Positions 51,444 through 59,895 of a DNA stretch of 64,000 nucleotides are shown piece by piece. Each line of letters starts with the position of its first letter. Position 1 is the first letter of the stretch. Made by a program: the position numbers and the translations under genes. Source of the stretch: Actinomycetes bacterium (GTDB taxonomy: Bacteria > Actinomycetota > UBA4738 > HRBIN12). The notes under the pieces are model-generated. The model worked only from the letters and a program-made list of their open reading frames with translations. It was not told the origin of the DNA and ran no database searches. Where the stretch lies: contig JANXVR010000103.1 in assembly GCA_025351565.1 (NCBI GenBank), forward strand, positions 697 to 64,696, in the 5' to 3' direction.

Positions 51444-53822
51444 CTATCCGGCTCGGAGCTTGGCGCCGAACGCTTGCGCCAGCGCGGCAACGATCGCTTG
51501 GACGGCCCCTTCCGCCTCGTCGCCCTCCAGCGTCCGATCGGGTGCGCGGAAATCCACGGCGAACGCCAGGCTCTTCGTCCCGTCGGGCAAGGAGCCGCCC
51601 CGGAACACGTCGAAGAGCACGGCCTCACTCAGGAGCTCGCCTGCTGCCTCGCGCAGGCGAGCCTCCACTTCGCCGGCCGGGGTCCCTTCAGGGAGGATGA
51701 ACGCCAGGTCACGACGTACCGGCGGGAACCGAGGCACGTCGGCGAAGACGAATGCAGGCGCGGAGGCTGCCATCAAGGCATCGATCTCCAGCTCCACCAC
51801 GGCGACCCTGCCATCCAGATCCAACGCCCTGGCCTGAGCAGGGTGCACCTCCCCCAGCACGCCCGCGCGCTCCCCACCCACCGTGATGAACGCCGAGCGG
51901 CCCGGATGGAACAACGGGCCAGGGTCGCCCGCCAGCGACCACTCGGCAACAGCGAGTTCTCGCATGAGCGCTTCCACCACGCCCTTGGCGTCCAGCGCGT
52001 CGAACGCTCGTTCTTCCTCCGACCACCCGGCTGAAGCACGGCCGTTGAACACGAACGCGAGCTTGGAACGCTCCTGTACCGGGTCGACCAGGCGGAACAC
52101 CGTGCCGACCTCGAAGATGGCCACGCTGTCAACGCCGCGCGCCCGATTGCCGGCGGCCGCGTGCAAGAGCCCGGGGGTGAGCCTCGTTCGTAGGAACCCC
52201 TGATCGGCCTGGAGGGGATTCGTCACCCCGGCGGCATCCGTATCTCCAGTGAGGGCGAGATCGGCGGCCGAGGCGAAGGACAGCAGGCTCACCTCGCGCA
52301 GGCCGGCTCGAACCAGGGCTTCCCGAACGCGCATCCGGAATGCGTACGCAGGCGGCACACCTCCCGCCTGCCCCGCCGACGGCACGGTCGAACCGATGAG
52401 GTCGTACCCGCGGATCCGGGCGATCTCCTCGATGAGGTCGACCTCTCGATCGATGTCGACCCGATAACCGGGAACCTCCACCTCAAGCTCCGCGTCCGTC
52501 CCCCGGTGTTCCAACCGCAGGCGATCGAATACCCCGCGGGCGTCATCCGGGGCGACGTCGTCGTCTAGGAGCATCGAGGCTCGGGACGGGCGAACACCGA
52601 CCCACGTCCGGGGGGCCACGGTCCCGGCGCTTGCGATCCCGCGCGCGACCGTCCCACCCGCCCATTCGTTGATCAGCGAGGCGGCGCGCGATGCCGCGTG
52701 CTCCAGCCCTTCCCGGTCGGTCCCACGTTCGAAGCGGTGGGAGGCCTCGCTGTGCAGACCCAGACGGCGGGCGGTTCTAAGGATCCCTTCGCGCGTGAAC
52801 GAGGCGCTTTCCAGCAGCACGTTCGTCGTCGAGACAGACACCTCGCACGAAGCACCGCCCATGACGCCGGCGATGGCGACCGGCTTCTCGGCGTCGCAGA
52901 TGAGCAGATCCTCCTCGGCCAGGGGCCGCTCTACCCCGTCCAGTGTGATGAGGCGCTCCCCCGCCTCCGCGCGGCGGACATCGATGGCCGGACCGGCCAA
53001 TCGGTCCAGGTCGAACCCATGGAGCGGCTGGCCGAGTTCGAGCATGGTGTAGTTCGTCGCGTCGACCACGCTGGAGACGGGCCGCATCCCCGCCGCCGTC
53101 AGCCTCGCTTGCACCCGCAGCGGCGTCGGGCGCGCGGCGTCCACCCCGCGGATCAGGCGGGCGACGTAGCGGGGGCACCCGTCGGGGGCCGAGACCCTGA
53201 TGCGAACGACGACCGAGGCGTCCTCGTCCGTCTCGGGCAGCGAGGTGTCGAGAGCTCGCAAAGGTATCCCGGTGAGCACCGACACCTCGCGGGCCACACC
53301 GAGGACGCTGAGGAAGTCGGGGCGGTTGGGTTCGACCTCGATGTCGAGGACCTCCTGGTCCAGTCCCATGGCTTCCTTGAAGTCCGCCCCGACGGGGACC
53401 CCTTCGTCGTTGAGGATAAGGATCCCTGCGTGAACGTCGGCGATGTTCAGCTCGCGCGGGGAACACAGCATGCCGTTGGAAAGCACCCCGCGGAGCTTCC
53501 GGGGTGCAAGCGGCTCCGCGAGGACCGGGACGCGCGAGCCGGGTTTGGCCCACGGCACCAGGTCGCCCGCGGCGAAGTTCCGGACCCCGGCGCACACGAT
53601 CGTCTCGCCGGTGCCGTCGTCGACCGTCGCCACGCAGAGCTTGTCCGAATCAGGGTGATCCTCCACCCGGACCACGCGCGCCACCACGACGCCCACAACC
53701 CCTTCCCACGGACGGATCACGCTTTCGACCTTGACCCCTTGCAACGTGAGGCGGTCTGCCAGGTCCGCCGCAGTGGCTTCGGTCGGGCAGAATTCCTGGA
53801 GCCAGGACCAGACGATCCTCAC
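51444..53822 (-). CDS. pheT: phenylalanine--tRNA ligase beta subunit
   Basis: ORF 51444..54053 taken from GTG 53820-53822 (GTGA overlap with the pheS stop): VRIVWSWLQEFCPTEATAADLADRLTLQGVKVE..., with B3/4, B5 and FDX-ACB regions co-linear with PheT. Confidence 0.95.
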   Translation of the reverse strand: MRIVWSWLQEFCPTEATAADLADRLTLQGVKVESVIRPWEGVVGVVVARVVRVEDHPDSDKLCVATVDDGTGETIVCAGVRNFAAGDLVPWAKPGSRVPVLAEPLAPRKLRGVLSNGMLCSPRELNIADVHAGILILNDEGVPVGADFKEAMGLDQEVLDIEVEPNRPDFLSVLGVAREVSVLTGIPLRALDTSLPETDEDASVVVRIRVSAPDGCPRYVARLIRGVDAARPTPLRVQARLTAAGMRPVSSVVDATNYTMLELGQPLHGFDLDRLAGPAIDVRRAEAGERLITLDGVERPLAEEDLLICDAEKPVAIAGVMGGASCEVSVSTTNVLLESASFTREGILRTARRLGLHSEASHRFERGTDREGLEHAASRAASLINEWAGGTVARGIASAGTVAPRTWVGVRPSRASMLLDDDVAPDDARGVFDRLRLEHRGTDAELEVEVPGYRVDIDREVDLIEEIARIRGYDLIGSTVPSAGQAGGVPPAYAFRMRVREALVRAGLREVSLLSFASAADLALTGDTDAAGVTNPLQADQGFLRTRLTPGLLHAAAGNRARGVDSVAIFEVGTVFRLVDPVQERSKLAFVFNGRASAGWSEEERAFDALDAKGVVEALMRELAVAEWSLAGDPGPLFHPGRSAFITVGGERAGVLGEVHPAQARALDLDGRVAVVELEIDALMAASAPAFVFADVPRFPPVRRDLAFILPEGTPAGEVEARLREAAGELLSEAVLFDVFRGGSLPDGTKSLAFAVDFRAPDRTLEGDEAEGAVQAIVAALAQAFGAKLRAG

Positions 53823-54874
53823 GCCACACCCTCGAACTGGGCAAGGAAGCGCATGTCTCCGTCGAAAAGCATGCGGATGTCGGGGATCGCGTACTTCAGC
53901 AGCGCCACCCGATCGATCCCCATCCCGAACGCGAAGCCCGTGTAGCGCTCGCTGTCGTAGCCGCAGTTCTCCAGCACTTGGGGGTGGACCATCCCCGCGC
54001 CTAGGAGTTCGATCCACCCGGAGCCACAGACGGTGCAGCCCACCCCGTCGCATCTGAAGCAGGACACCCCCACCTCGCAGCCCGGTTCGACGAACGGGAA
54101 GAACGCCGGCCCCAGCCGCACCCGGCGATCCTGTCCGAACAACGCCTTCACGGCTGCCTCCAGCGTTCCCTTCAGGTCGGCGAAGGTGATCCCCTCGTCG
54201 ACCGCCAACCCTTCGAGCTGGTGGAAGACCGGGGAATGTGTGGCGTCGGGGGTCTCGCGCCGGAAGACACGGCCCGGCGCCACGATGTAGACGGGCGGCG
54301 GTTGCGACTGCATGGTCCGGATCTGGACCGCGCTGGTCTCGGTTCGAAGGAGTAGCTCGGGGTGCCCGGGGACACTGACGTAGAGCGAGTCCTTCATCGT
54401 CCGGGCCGGGTGGTCGGGCGGGATGTTCAACGCCTGGAAGTTGTGCCAGTCGTCCTCGATCTCCGGCCCTTCCGCCACCTTGAATCCGAGCGAGGTGAAT
54501 ACCTGAACCAGCTCGCGCTCGACGATGGTCAAGGGATGGAATGAACCGTGGCGCGCCCGGCGCCCGGGAAGTGAGAGGTCCATCGCATCCGCAGCCAATA
54601 GCGCGGTCTCGACGATGGCATCCATCGCGGAGCGTCTGGTGTCGAACGCCTCGGTCAACGCCTGGCGGGCCTCGTTCGCGATCTTCCCGACGTCACGGCG
54701 CTCATCGGGATCGAGCGCGCCGAGCGACCGTTGGATCTCGCTGAAGGCTGACTTGCGGCCCAGGACCACGGTCTGGGCAGCCTCCAAGGACTCCAGGTCC
54801 TCCGCTCGTTGGTACAGCGAGATCCCTCGGTCGCGTTCGGCTCGCAGGACCGTTCGCATCTCCCGGGCATCCAT
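53819..54874 (-). CDS. pheS: phenylalanine--tRNA ligase alpha subunit
   Basis: 351-aa ORF: HPLTIVERELVQVF, PDHPARTMKDSLY, FRRETPDATHSPVFHQLEG, GFAFGMGIDRVA (class II motifs 1-3). Confidence 0.95.
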   Translation of the reverse strand: MDAREMRTVLRAERDRGISLYQRAEDLESLEAAQTVVLGRKSAFSEIQRSLGALDPDERRDVGKIANEARQALTEAFDTRRSAMDAIVETALLAADAMDLSLPGRRARHGSFHPLTIVERELVQVFTSLGFKVAEGPEIEDDWHNFQALNIPPDHPARTMKDSLYVSVPGHPELLLRTETSAVQIRTMQSQPPPVYIVAPGRVFRRETPDATHSPVFHQLEGLAVDEGITFADLKGTLEAAVKALFGQDRRVRLGPAFFPFVEPGCEVGVSCFRCDGVGCTVCGSGWIELLGAGMVHPQVLENCGYDSERYTGFAFGMGIDRVALLKYAIPDIRMLFDGDMRFLAQFEGVA

Positions 54875-54920
54875 AGGAGGCCGAGTCTAGCAAGGAGGCT
54901 TCGAGCCTCTTGGAGTCGGG

Positions 54921-56345
54921 CTATGGATCGGCCGGCATCTCCAGGTGGAACGTCAGGCGACCGCCGTCGAGGCTTCCCCACACCCGTCCGCCCTGTGCCT
55001 GCACGACACCTCGGGTCACGAACAGACCGATCTTGGAGCCGGCCCCCGAACCGGGGCGCCGGGCGAGGAACAGTTCCTCGACCTGCTCCGGGGTGAGATC
55101 TGCGCTCAGCCGCGACACCGACACCCGGAGCATCCCCTCGGAGCGCCCCGCCTGAACTCGGATCGGACCCTCCTTGCCCCACCAGACGAGCGCCTCGAGG
55201 AACGCCAGGATGGCGGTCTTCAGCCGCGTGGGGTCGACGAACGCGGTGATCGCCTCGCCGGCCCATTCCACCGCGGGATGGTCGGGGTCCCGGCGCTGTG
55301 CCTCACTGATCGCCACCACCAGTTCCGCGATCTCGACCTTCTCCGGGAACGGTTCCAGGGTCCCCGAGACCACGCGTGCCGCATCCACAAGTTGCCGCAG
55401 GATCGAGTCCATCCGATCGGCGTCGTGGACGATCCCCTGCAGCATGAGGGTCCGCTGGTCCAGCGTCATCTGGTCCCAGCGCTTCTCCAAGGCATACCCG
55501 AACCCCTTCATCGCCGTGAGTGGAGAACGGATGTCATGCGCCGCCGCCGTGATGATCGTCTCCAGTGCCTCCCCTGCCCTCGCCCGTTGACGAGCCCATT
55601 CGAAGAGACACACGGTGGCGGCCGCCGCAAGGTTGAGCGACTCCACCTTGCCGGTGATCGGTACCCGAATCGTCGCGTCCGCCAAGGAGCTGGTCTCCTC
55701 GGGCAGGCCGCGCGCTTCGTTGCCGAACACCAGCGCGACCGGATCGCTCGCGAGATCCGTCCGATAGAGGTCCTGGACGCCGTCGGCGGCCATGGCGTAG
55801 ATCCGGAAGCCCCGGTCCCGGAGTTCGATCAACGTGGCCTTGGTATCGGCACCGCGGACGACCGGGACGTGGAAGAGCGACCCGGCAGATGCGCGAACGG
55901 TCTTCGGGTTGTAGGGATCCACCGATGTCTCCGTGAAGACCACCCCGCCCGCTCCGGCGGCGTCGGCGGAACGCAGGACCGTCCCTGCGTTGCCGGGGTC
56001 ACGAACCTGGTGGAGCACGGTGACGCAGCCATCCGCAGGGAGGGCATCCAGCCCGCCGTCCAGGAACGACGACACGCCGACCAGGCCTTGCGGCGTGACC
56101 GTGGATGTCAGCTTGCCCATCACGTCATCGCTGACCACCTCAACCACCACGCCGCCCTGGCGGGCGCGGACCGCCAGCGGCTCCAGGTCATCCACCACGA
56201 AGAGGCTCACGAGGGCGCCGGCGTCCAGTGCCTCGCCCACGCCCTGCGCACCTTCCACCAGGAAGGCGCGGTCCTCATCCCTGAACGCACGCTTCTTGAG
56301 CCGCAAGACGGCGGCTACCTTCGGGTTCTTGACTGAGGTCAGCAA
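54921..56345 (-). CDS. fusion protein: SpoU/TrmH-family RNA 2'-O-methyltransferase (TsnR-like) + histidine-kinase core (HisKA + degenerate HATPase_c)
   Basis: 474-aa ORF. Residues 1 to about 262 carry SpoU motifs: VRDPGNAGTVLRSADAAGA, LVFGNEARGLPEE, IRVPITGKVESLNLAAAATVCLFEW. From about residue 268 (54921..55544): H-box ITAAAHDIRSPLTAMKGF, then an ATPase-like region with VDPTRLKTAILAFLEALVWW (no N-box Asn), VSVSRLSADL (no DxGxG) and GSGAGSKIGLFV (G2-like). Confidence 0.8.
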   Translation of the reverse strand: MLTSVKNPKVAAVLRLKKRAFRDEDRAFLVEGAQGVGEALDAGALVSLFVVDDLEPLAVRARQGGVVVEVVSDDVMGKLTSTVTPQGLVGVSSFLDGGLDALPADGCVTVLHQVRDPGNAGTVLRSADAAGAGGVVFTETSVDPYNPKTVRASAGSLFHVPVVRGADTKATLIELRDRGFRIYAMAADGVQDLYRTDLASDPVALVFGNEARGLPEETSSLADATIRVPITGKVESLNLAAAATVCLFEWARQRARAGEALETIITAAAHDIRSPLTAMKGFGYALEKRWDQMTLDQRTLMLQGIVHDADRMDSILRQLVDAARVVSGTLEPFPEKVEIAELVVAISEAQRRDPDHPAVEWAGEAITAFVDPTRLKTAILAFLEALVWWGKEGPIRVQAGRSEGMLRVSVSRLSADLTPEQVEELFLARRPGSGAGSKIGLFVTRGVVQAQGGRVWGSLDGGRLTFHLEMPADP

Positions 56346-56415
56346 TGGCCCTCCTGGCGTCCAGACGTGGTGAGTCTAGGGCTCGAGGGGAGCAGTGCGG
56401 GGTAGGGCCGAAAGG

Positions 56416-56781
56416 TCAGCTGGCTTGCGGCAACGCGGCCTTGGCCACATCGATCAGCTGACCGAACGCCTTCGGATCGTGCACGGCCAGATCCGCGAGG
56501 ATCTTGCGATCAACGTCGACCCCTGCCGTCTTCAACCCATTGATGAAGCGGGAGTAGGAGATCCCGTGGGGGCGAACCGCGGCGTTGATGCGCGCGATCC
56601 ACAGACGTCGGAACTGGGCCTTGCGGTCTCGACGGTCCCGGTAGGCGTAGACGCCGGAGTGCTGGACCTGCTCTTTGGCCAAGCGATAGCGCTTGCGCCG
56701 GCTCCCCTGATAGCCCTTGGCCTTCTCGAGGATCTCGCGGCGCTTCTTCTTCGCGTGAACCGAACGTTTGACTCGTGCCAC
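56416..56781 (-). CDS. rplT: 50S ribosomal protein L20
   Basis: 121-aa ORF: [39 protein letters not shown]... Confidence 0.97.
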   Translation of the reverse strand: MARVKRSVHAKKKRREILEKAKGYQGSRRKRYRLAKEQVQHSGVYAYRDRRDRKAQFRRLWIARINAAVRPHGISYSRFINGLKTAGVDVDRKILADLAVHDPKAFGQLIDVAKAALPQAS

Positions 56782-56782
56782 G

Positions 56783-56974
56783 TCAGGCTCCCAGGAGGCG
56801 CTTGATCTTCGTGCGCTCGGCCGTCACTTCGGACATACCTTCAACACGACGGCGGCGGCTGCCGCTCTTCTTCGTCAACATGTGATTGCCCGTGGCCTTG
56901 CGGTGGAGCACCTTCCCCGTTCGGGTGATGCGGAACCGCTTGGCGGTCGAGCTGTGGGTCTTCTGCTTCGGCAT
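56783..56974 (-). CDS. rpmI: 50S ribosomal protein L35
   Basis: 63-aa ORF: [37 protein letters not shown]... Confidence 0.95.
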   Translation of the reverse strand: MPKQKTHSSTAKRFRITRTGKVLHRKATGNHMLTKKSGSRRRRVEGMSEVTAERTKIKRLLGA

Positions 56975-56976
56975 GG

Positions 56977-57654
56977 TTATCCCTCGTTCGCTGTGTCTGG
57001 CTGGGGTTCCTCGATCGGGTCTCCGGGCGGGGCGACCTCCTCTGCGGCAACCACCGCCTGGATGACCTCCGCCGGTATGTCGACGAGCGGTTGGCCGACC
57101 TCGGGCTCGGGCTCGGCAGCGTCCCCGTTCGCTGCGGCCTGTTTCGCCATCAGCTCCTGGTAGCGCTTGTTCGGGGCGATCACCATGATCATGTTGCGCC
57201 CCTCTTGCTTCGGCATGGCCTCGACGACGATGCTCTCACCCAGGTCCGTCACCAGTCGGTCCAGGATCTTCCTGCCTAGGTCCGTATGCGCCATCTCGCG
57301 CCCTCGGAACATGATCGTGATCTTGACCTTGGCCCCCGACTTCAAGAACCGCGAGACATGCCCCTTCTTCGTGGCGTAGTCGTGCGGGTCGATCTTCGGG
57401 CGGAACTTGATCTCCTTGAGGTCGACACGAGACTGCTTCTTCCGCGCTTCCTTCTGCCGGATGTCGCGCTCGTACTTGTACTTGCCGTAGTCCATGATCC
57501 GACACACGGGCGGATCTGCCTGCGGCGCCACCTCAACGAGATCCAGATCGAGCTCCTGGGCCCGGCGGAGGGCGTCCTGCGTGGAAACCACGCCGATCTG
57601 CTCACCGTCAGCCCCCACCAGGCGCACCTGGGGAGCTCTGATCCGGTCGTTGAT
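56977..57654 (-). CDS. infC: translation initiation factor IF-3 (probable non-canonical ATC start)
   Basis: The ORF track starts at GTG 57627 (MRLVGADGEQIGVV...). The same frame is open upstream to TGA 57679-57681 and encodes ...STDPRINDRIRAPQ, the conserved IF3 N-terminal IN-x-RIR segment. The only near-cognate codon there is ATC at 57652-57654. The body is KPPVCRIMDYGKYKYE...IMFRGREMAH. A C-terminal acidic/Pro-rich extension of about 55 aa follows. Confidence 0.85.
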   Translation of the reverse strand: MNDRIRAPQVRLVGADGEQIGVVSTQDALRRAQELDLDLVEVAPQADPPVCRIMDYGKYKYERDIRQKEARKKQSRVDLKEIKFRPKIDPHDYATKKGHVSRFLKSGAKVKITIMFRGREMAHTDLGRKILDRLVTDLGESIVVEAMPKQEGRNMIMVIAPNKRYQELMAKQAAANGDAAEPEPEVGQPLVDIPAEVIQAVVAAEEVAPPGDPIEEPQPDTANEG

Positions 57655-57683
57655 CCTGGGATCGGTCGAGACCCCGCATCACC

Positions 57684-57717
57684 TCTTTCGTAAGAAAGGC
57701 ACCGGACTCGCCGGTGC
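57684..57717 (-). promoter_or_regulatory. two tandem hairpins in the infC leader (terminator-like / possible L20-responsive attenuator)
   Basis: In transcript sense: GCACCGG-CGAGU-CCGGUGC (57717-57699), immediately followed by CUUUC-UUAC-GAAAG (57698-57685). The 3' arm of the second hairpin runs into the SD-like GAGGUG (57685-57680). Confidence 0.3.
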
Positions 57718-57743
57718 ACTCAAGGCCACACGTACAGGGAACA

Positions 57744-57773
57744 AGTATAGGCGCCGGGAGGGACGGGTGTCGA
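57744..57773 (-). promoter_or_regulatory. candidate promoter of the infC-rpmI-rplT operon
   Basis: On the reverse strand: TCGACA (57773-57768), 18-nt spacer, TATACT (57749-57744). It lies in the 149-nt gap after the cupin gene. Confidence 0.35.
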
Positions 57774-57803
57774 TGCTGCTGAGACCGGAGCCCATGTGGC
57801 TAC

Positions 57804-58154
57804 TCACCAATCGGGCTCCAGCGAACGCCCGTAGGGATCCTCCAGCCGCTGGGTGTCGTCTTCGGTGGTGTAGCCGTAGGCGATCTCAAGGATCCGGCCG
57901 CGCTGAGCCCCTGTGCACCTGATCCTGTGGGTTTCCTCCGCAGGGATCATGAACTCCTCGCCCGGCATCGCCTCGACCACGCGATTCCCGATCTCGATCG
58001 TGAGCCCGGCATCCAACACCACCCAGGTCTCGTCCCGCATCCGGTGGTAATGCACGCTGGTCTCCTGGTCGGGCTCCACCGTGATGACCCGAACGCTCGA
58101 CGGCTGGTTCCAGGAGTGGGTGACCACCTTGCCCCACGGCTTCGTCACGATCAT
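57804..58154 (-). CDS. cupin-domain protein (type II phosphomannose isomerase C-terminal cupin-like)
   Basis: ORF 57804..58223 from ATG 58154 (ATGA overlap with the ribH stop): [56 protein letters not shown]...IPAEETHRIRC...ILEIAYGYTTEDDTQRLEDPYGR. Confidence 0.8.
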   Translation of the reverse strand: MIVTKPWGKVVTHSWNQPSSVRVITVEPDQETSVHYHRMRDETWVVLDAGLTIEIGNRVVEAMPGEEFMIPAEETHRIRCTGAQRGRILEIAYGYTTEDDTQRLEDPYGRSLEPDW

Positions 58155-58630
58155 CGGGGACCCCTCGTCGATAACTGCGCCAGGAGGTCGGCCATCCGCA
58201 GTGCGGCCTCGGCGGCCTCCCATCCCTTGTTCCCGTGCGAACCTCCCGCGCGCGACTCCGCTTGCGCCAGATCCTGGGTCGCGAGCACCTCGAAGATCAC
58301 CGGTACGCCCGTTTCAGCCGAGATGTCCATGATGGCTCGCGCGGTCTCGTTCGCCACTAGTTCGAAGTGATACGTGTCGCCCTTGATGACGGCGCCGAGG
58401 CACACGACGGCATCGTGCGCCCCAGCGTCCGCGAACCGCCGAGCAACCAGCGGGATCTCGAACGCCCCCGGGACCCAAGCGATGTCGATGTCGCCTTGGT
58501 CCGTTCCGTGACTGGTAAGCGCCTCGACCGCGCCTCGGACCAACGTGTCCGTGATCAGCCCGTTGAACCGCGCTGCCACGATCGCGACCTTGCGGCCGGC
58601 GCCCTGCGTCGCTCCCTCGAACGTGGTCAC
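58151..58630 (-). CDS. ribH: 6,7-dimethyl-8-ribityllumazine synthase
   Basis: 159-aa ORF: [20 protein letters not shown]...[12 protein letters not shown]...[19 protein letters not shown]. Confidence 0.95.
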   Translation of the reverse strand: MTTFEGATQGAGRKVAIVAARFNGLITDTLVRGAVEALTSHGTDQGDIDIAWVPGAFEIPLVARRFADAGAHDAVVCLGAVIKGDTYHFELVANETARAIMDISAETGVPVIFEVLATQDLAQAESRAGGSHGNKGWEAAEAALRMADLLAQLSTRGPR

Positions 58631-59895
58631 CGGTCACCGACCCCCGCGTCGAGACCATCGATGAGGTGGCCCATCTTCTCCCGCTTCGTTCTGAGGTAGC
58701 CGATGTTCTGGGCGGTCGGCACCGTCTGGAGCGGGATCCGGTCGACGATGGACAGCCCGTAGCCCTCCAGACCGGCGCGCTTCGAGGGGTTGTTGGTGAG
58801 CAATCGCATACTCCGCACCCCCAGGTCGTAGAGGATCTGTGCCCCGATGCCATAGTCGCGTTGATCGACCGGCAAGCCCAGATCCAGGTTCGCTTCGACG
58901 GTGTCGCGCCCCTGGTCTTGGAGTTCGTAGGCCCGGAGTTTGTGGCTCAGGCCGATGGCGCGACCCTCGTGGCCGCGGACATAGAGCACCACCCCGCGAC
59001 CCTCGGCAGCCACGATCTCCATCGCCCGTTCGAGCTGCGCCCCGCAGTCGCACCGCAGCGATGCGAACACGTCACCCGTCAGACATTCAGAGTGCACACG
59101 GGTAAGGACGTTCTGCCCTTCGCCGATATCACCGCAGACCAGGGCGATGTGGGTCCGCTCGTCCAACGTGGATTCGTAGGCGTAGGAGCGGAACGCTCCG
59201 TAGACGGTAGGGATGTCGGCTTCCGCCACCTTGCGAACCAAGACCTCTCGGTGGCGACGGTACTCGATGAGATCGGCGATGGAGATGAGCTTGAGTCCGT
59301 GCTCGGTGGCTACCCGCACCAGCTCGGGAAGGCGCGCCATCGTGCCGTCTTCGTTCATGACCTCGCAGATGACACCGGCGGGGAAGCAACCCGCCATCTC
59401 GGCGAGGTCGACCGACGCCTCGGTGTGACCCGCACGGCGCAAGACGCCGCCCTCCTTCGCGCGGAGGGGGAACAGGTGGCCTGGCTTCTGGAAATCGCCG
59501 GGCAGCGCTGCGGGATCGGCGATCGCCCGGGCGGTGGCGGCACGGTCGTGCGCGCTGGTGCCGGTGGTAACGGCCGGCCGGTAGTCGATGGAGATGGTGA
59601 ATGCCGTTTCGTCACCGTTCGCGTTGTTCACCATCTGCGGGATGGCGAGTTCATCCAGGCGGGCCCCGGCCACGGGCAGGCAGACGATCCCGCGTCCGTA
59701 GGTCACCATGAAGTTGACGGCCTCGTCGGTGCAGTGTTCCGCGGCGATGATGAAATCGCCCTCGTTCTCCCGATCGGCGTCGTCCACGACCAGGACGATC
59801 TTCCCGGCCTTGATGTCCTCCAGCGCCGCGGGGATGGAGGCGAACACGCTCCGGTCGGGCTCTTCGATGAGGGTTGCGGGTTTGGGTTCGGTCAT
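58627..59895 (-). CDS. ribBA: bifunctional 3,4-dihydroxy-2-butanone-4-phosphate synthase / GTP cyclohydrolase II
   Basis: ORF 58627..60357 from ATG 59895 (ATGA overlap with the ribE stop): MTEPKPATL...[22 protein letters not shown] (RibB) and [22 protein letters not shown] (RibA zinc site). Confidence 0.95.
   Translation of the reverse strand: MTEPKPATLIEEPDRSVFASIPAALEDIKAGKIVLVVDDADRENEGDFIIAAEHCTDEAVNFMVTYGRGIVCLPVAGARLDELAIPQMVNNANGDETAFTISIDYRPAVTTGTSAHDRAATARAIADPAALPGDFQKPGHLFPLRAKEGGVLRRAGHTEASVDLAEMAGCFPAGVICEVMNEDGTMARLPELVRVATEHGLKLISIADLIEYRRHREVLVRKVAEADIPTVYGAFRSYAYESTLDERTHIALVCGDIGEGQNVLTRVHSECLTGDVFASLRCDCGAQLERAMEIVAAEGRGVVLYVRGHEGRAIGLSHKLRAYELQDQGRDTVEANLDLGLPVDQRDYGIGAQILYDLGVRSMRLLTNNPSKRAGLEGYGLSIVDRIPLQTVPTAQNIGYLRTKREKMGHLIDGLDAGVGDR

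Noticed and set aside
57677-57682. The GTG-ATG immediately after the SD-like GAGGUG upstream of infC, considered as the real start with a programmed frameshift into the IF-3 frame.
   Set aside because: The ATG/GTG are out of frame and would give a 23-24 codon peptide ending at a TGA near 57610. The SD-to-start spacing is essentially zero. No slippery or frameshift-stimulating motif is evident. A non-canonical AUC start is the simpler, precedent-backed explanation, and it is kept as an open point in the infC finding.
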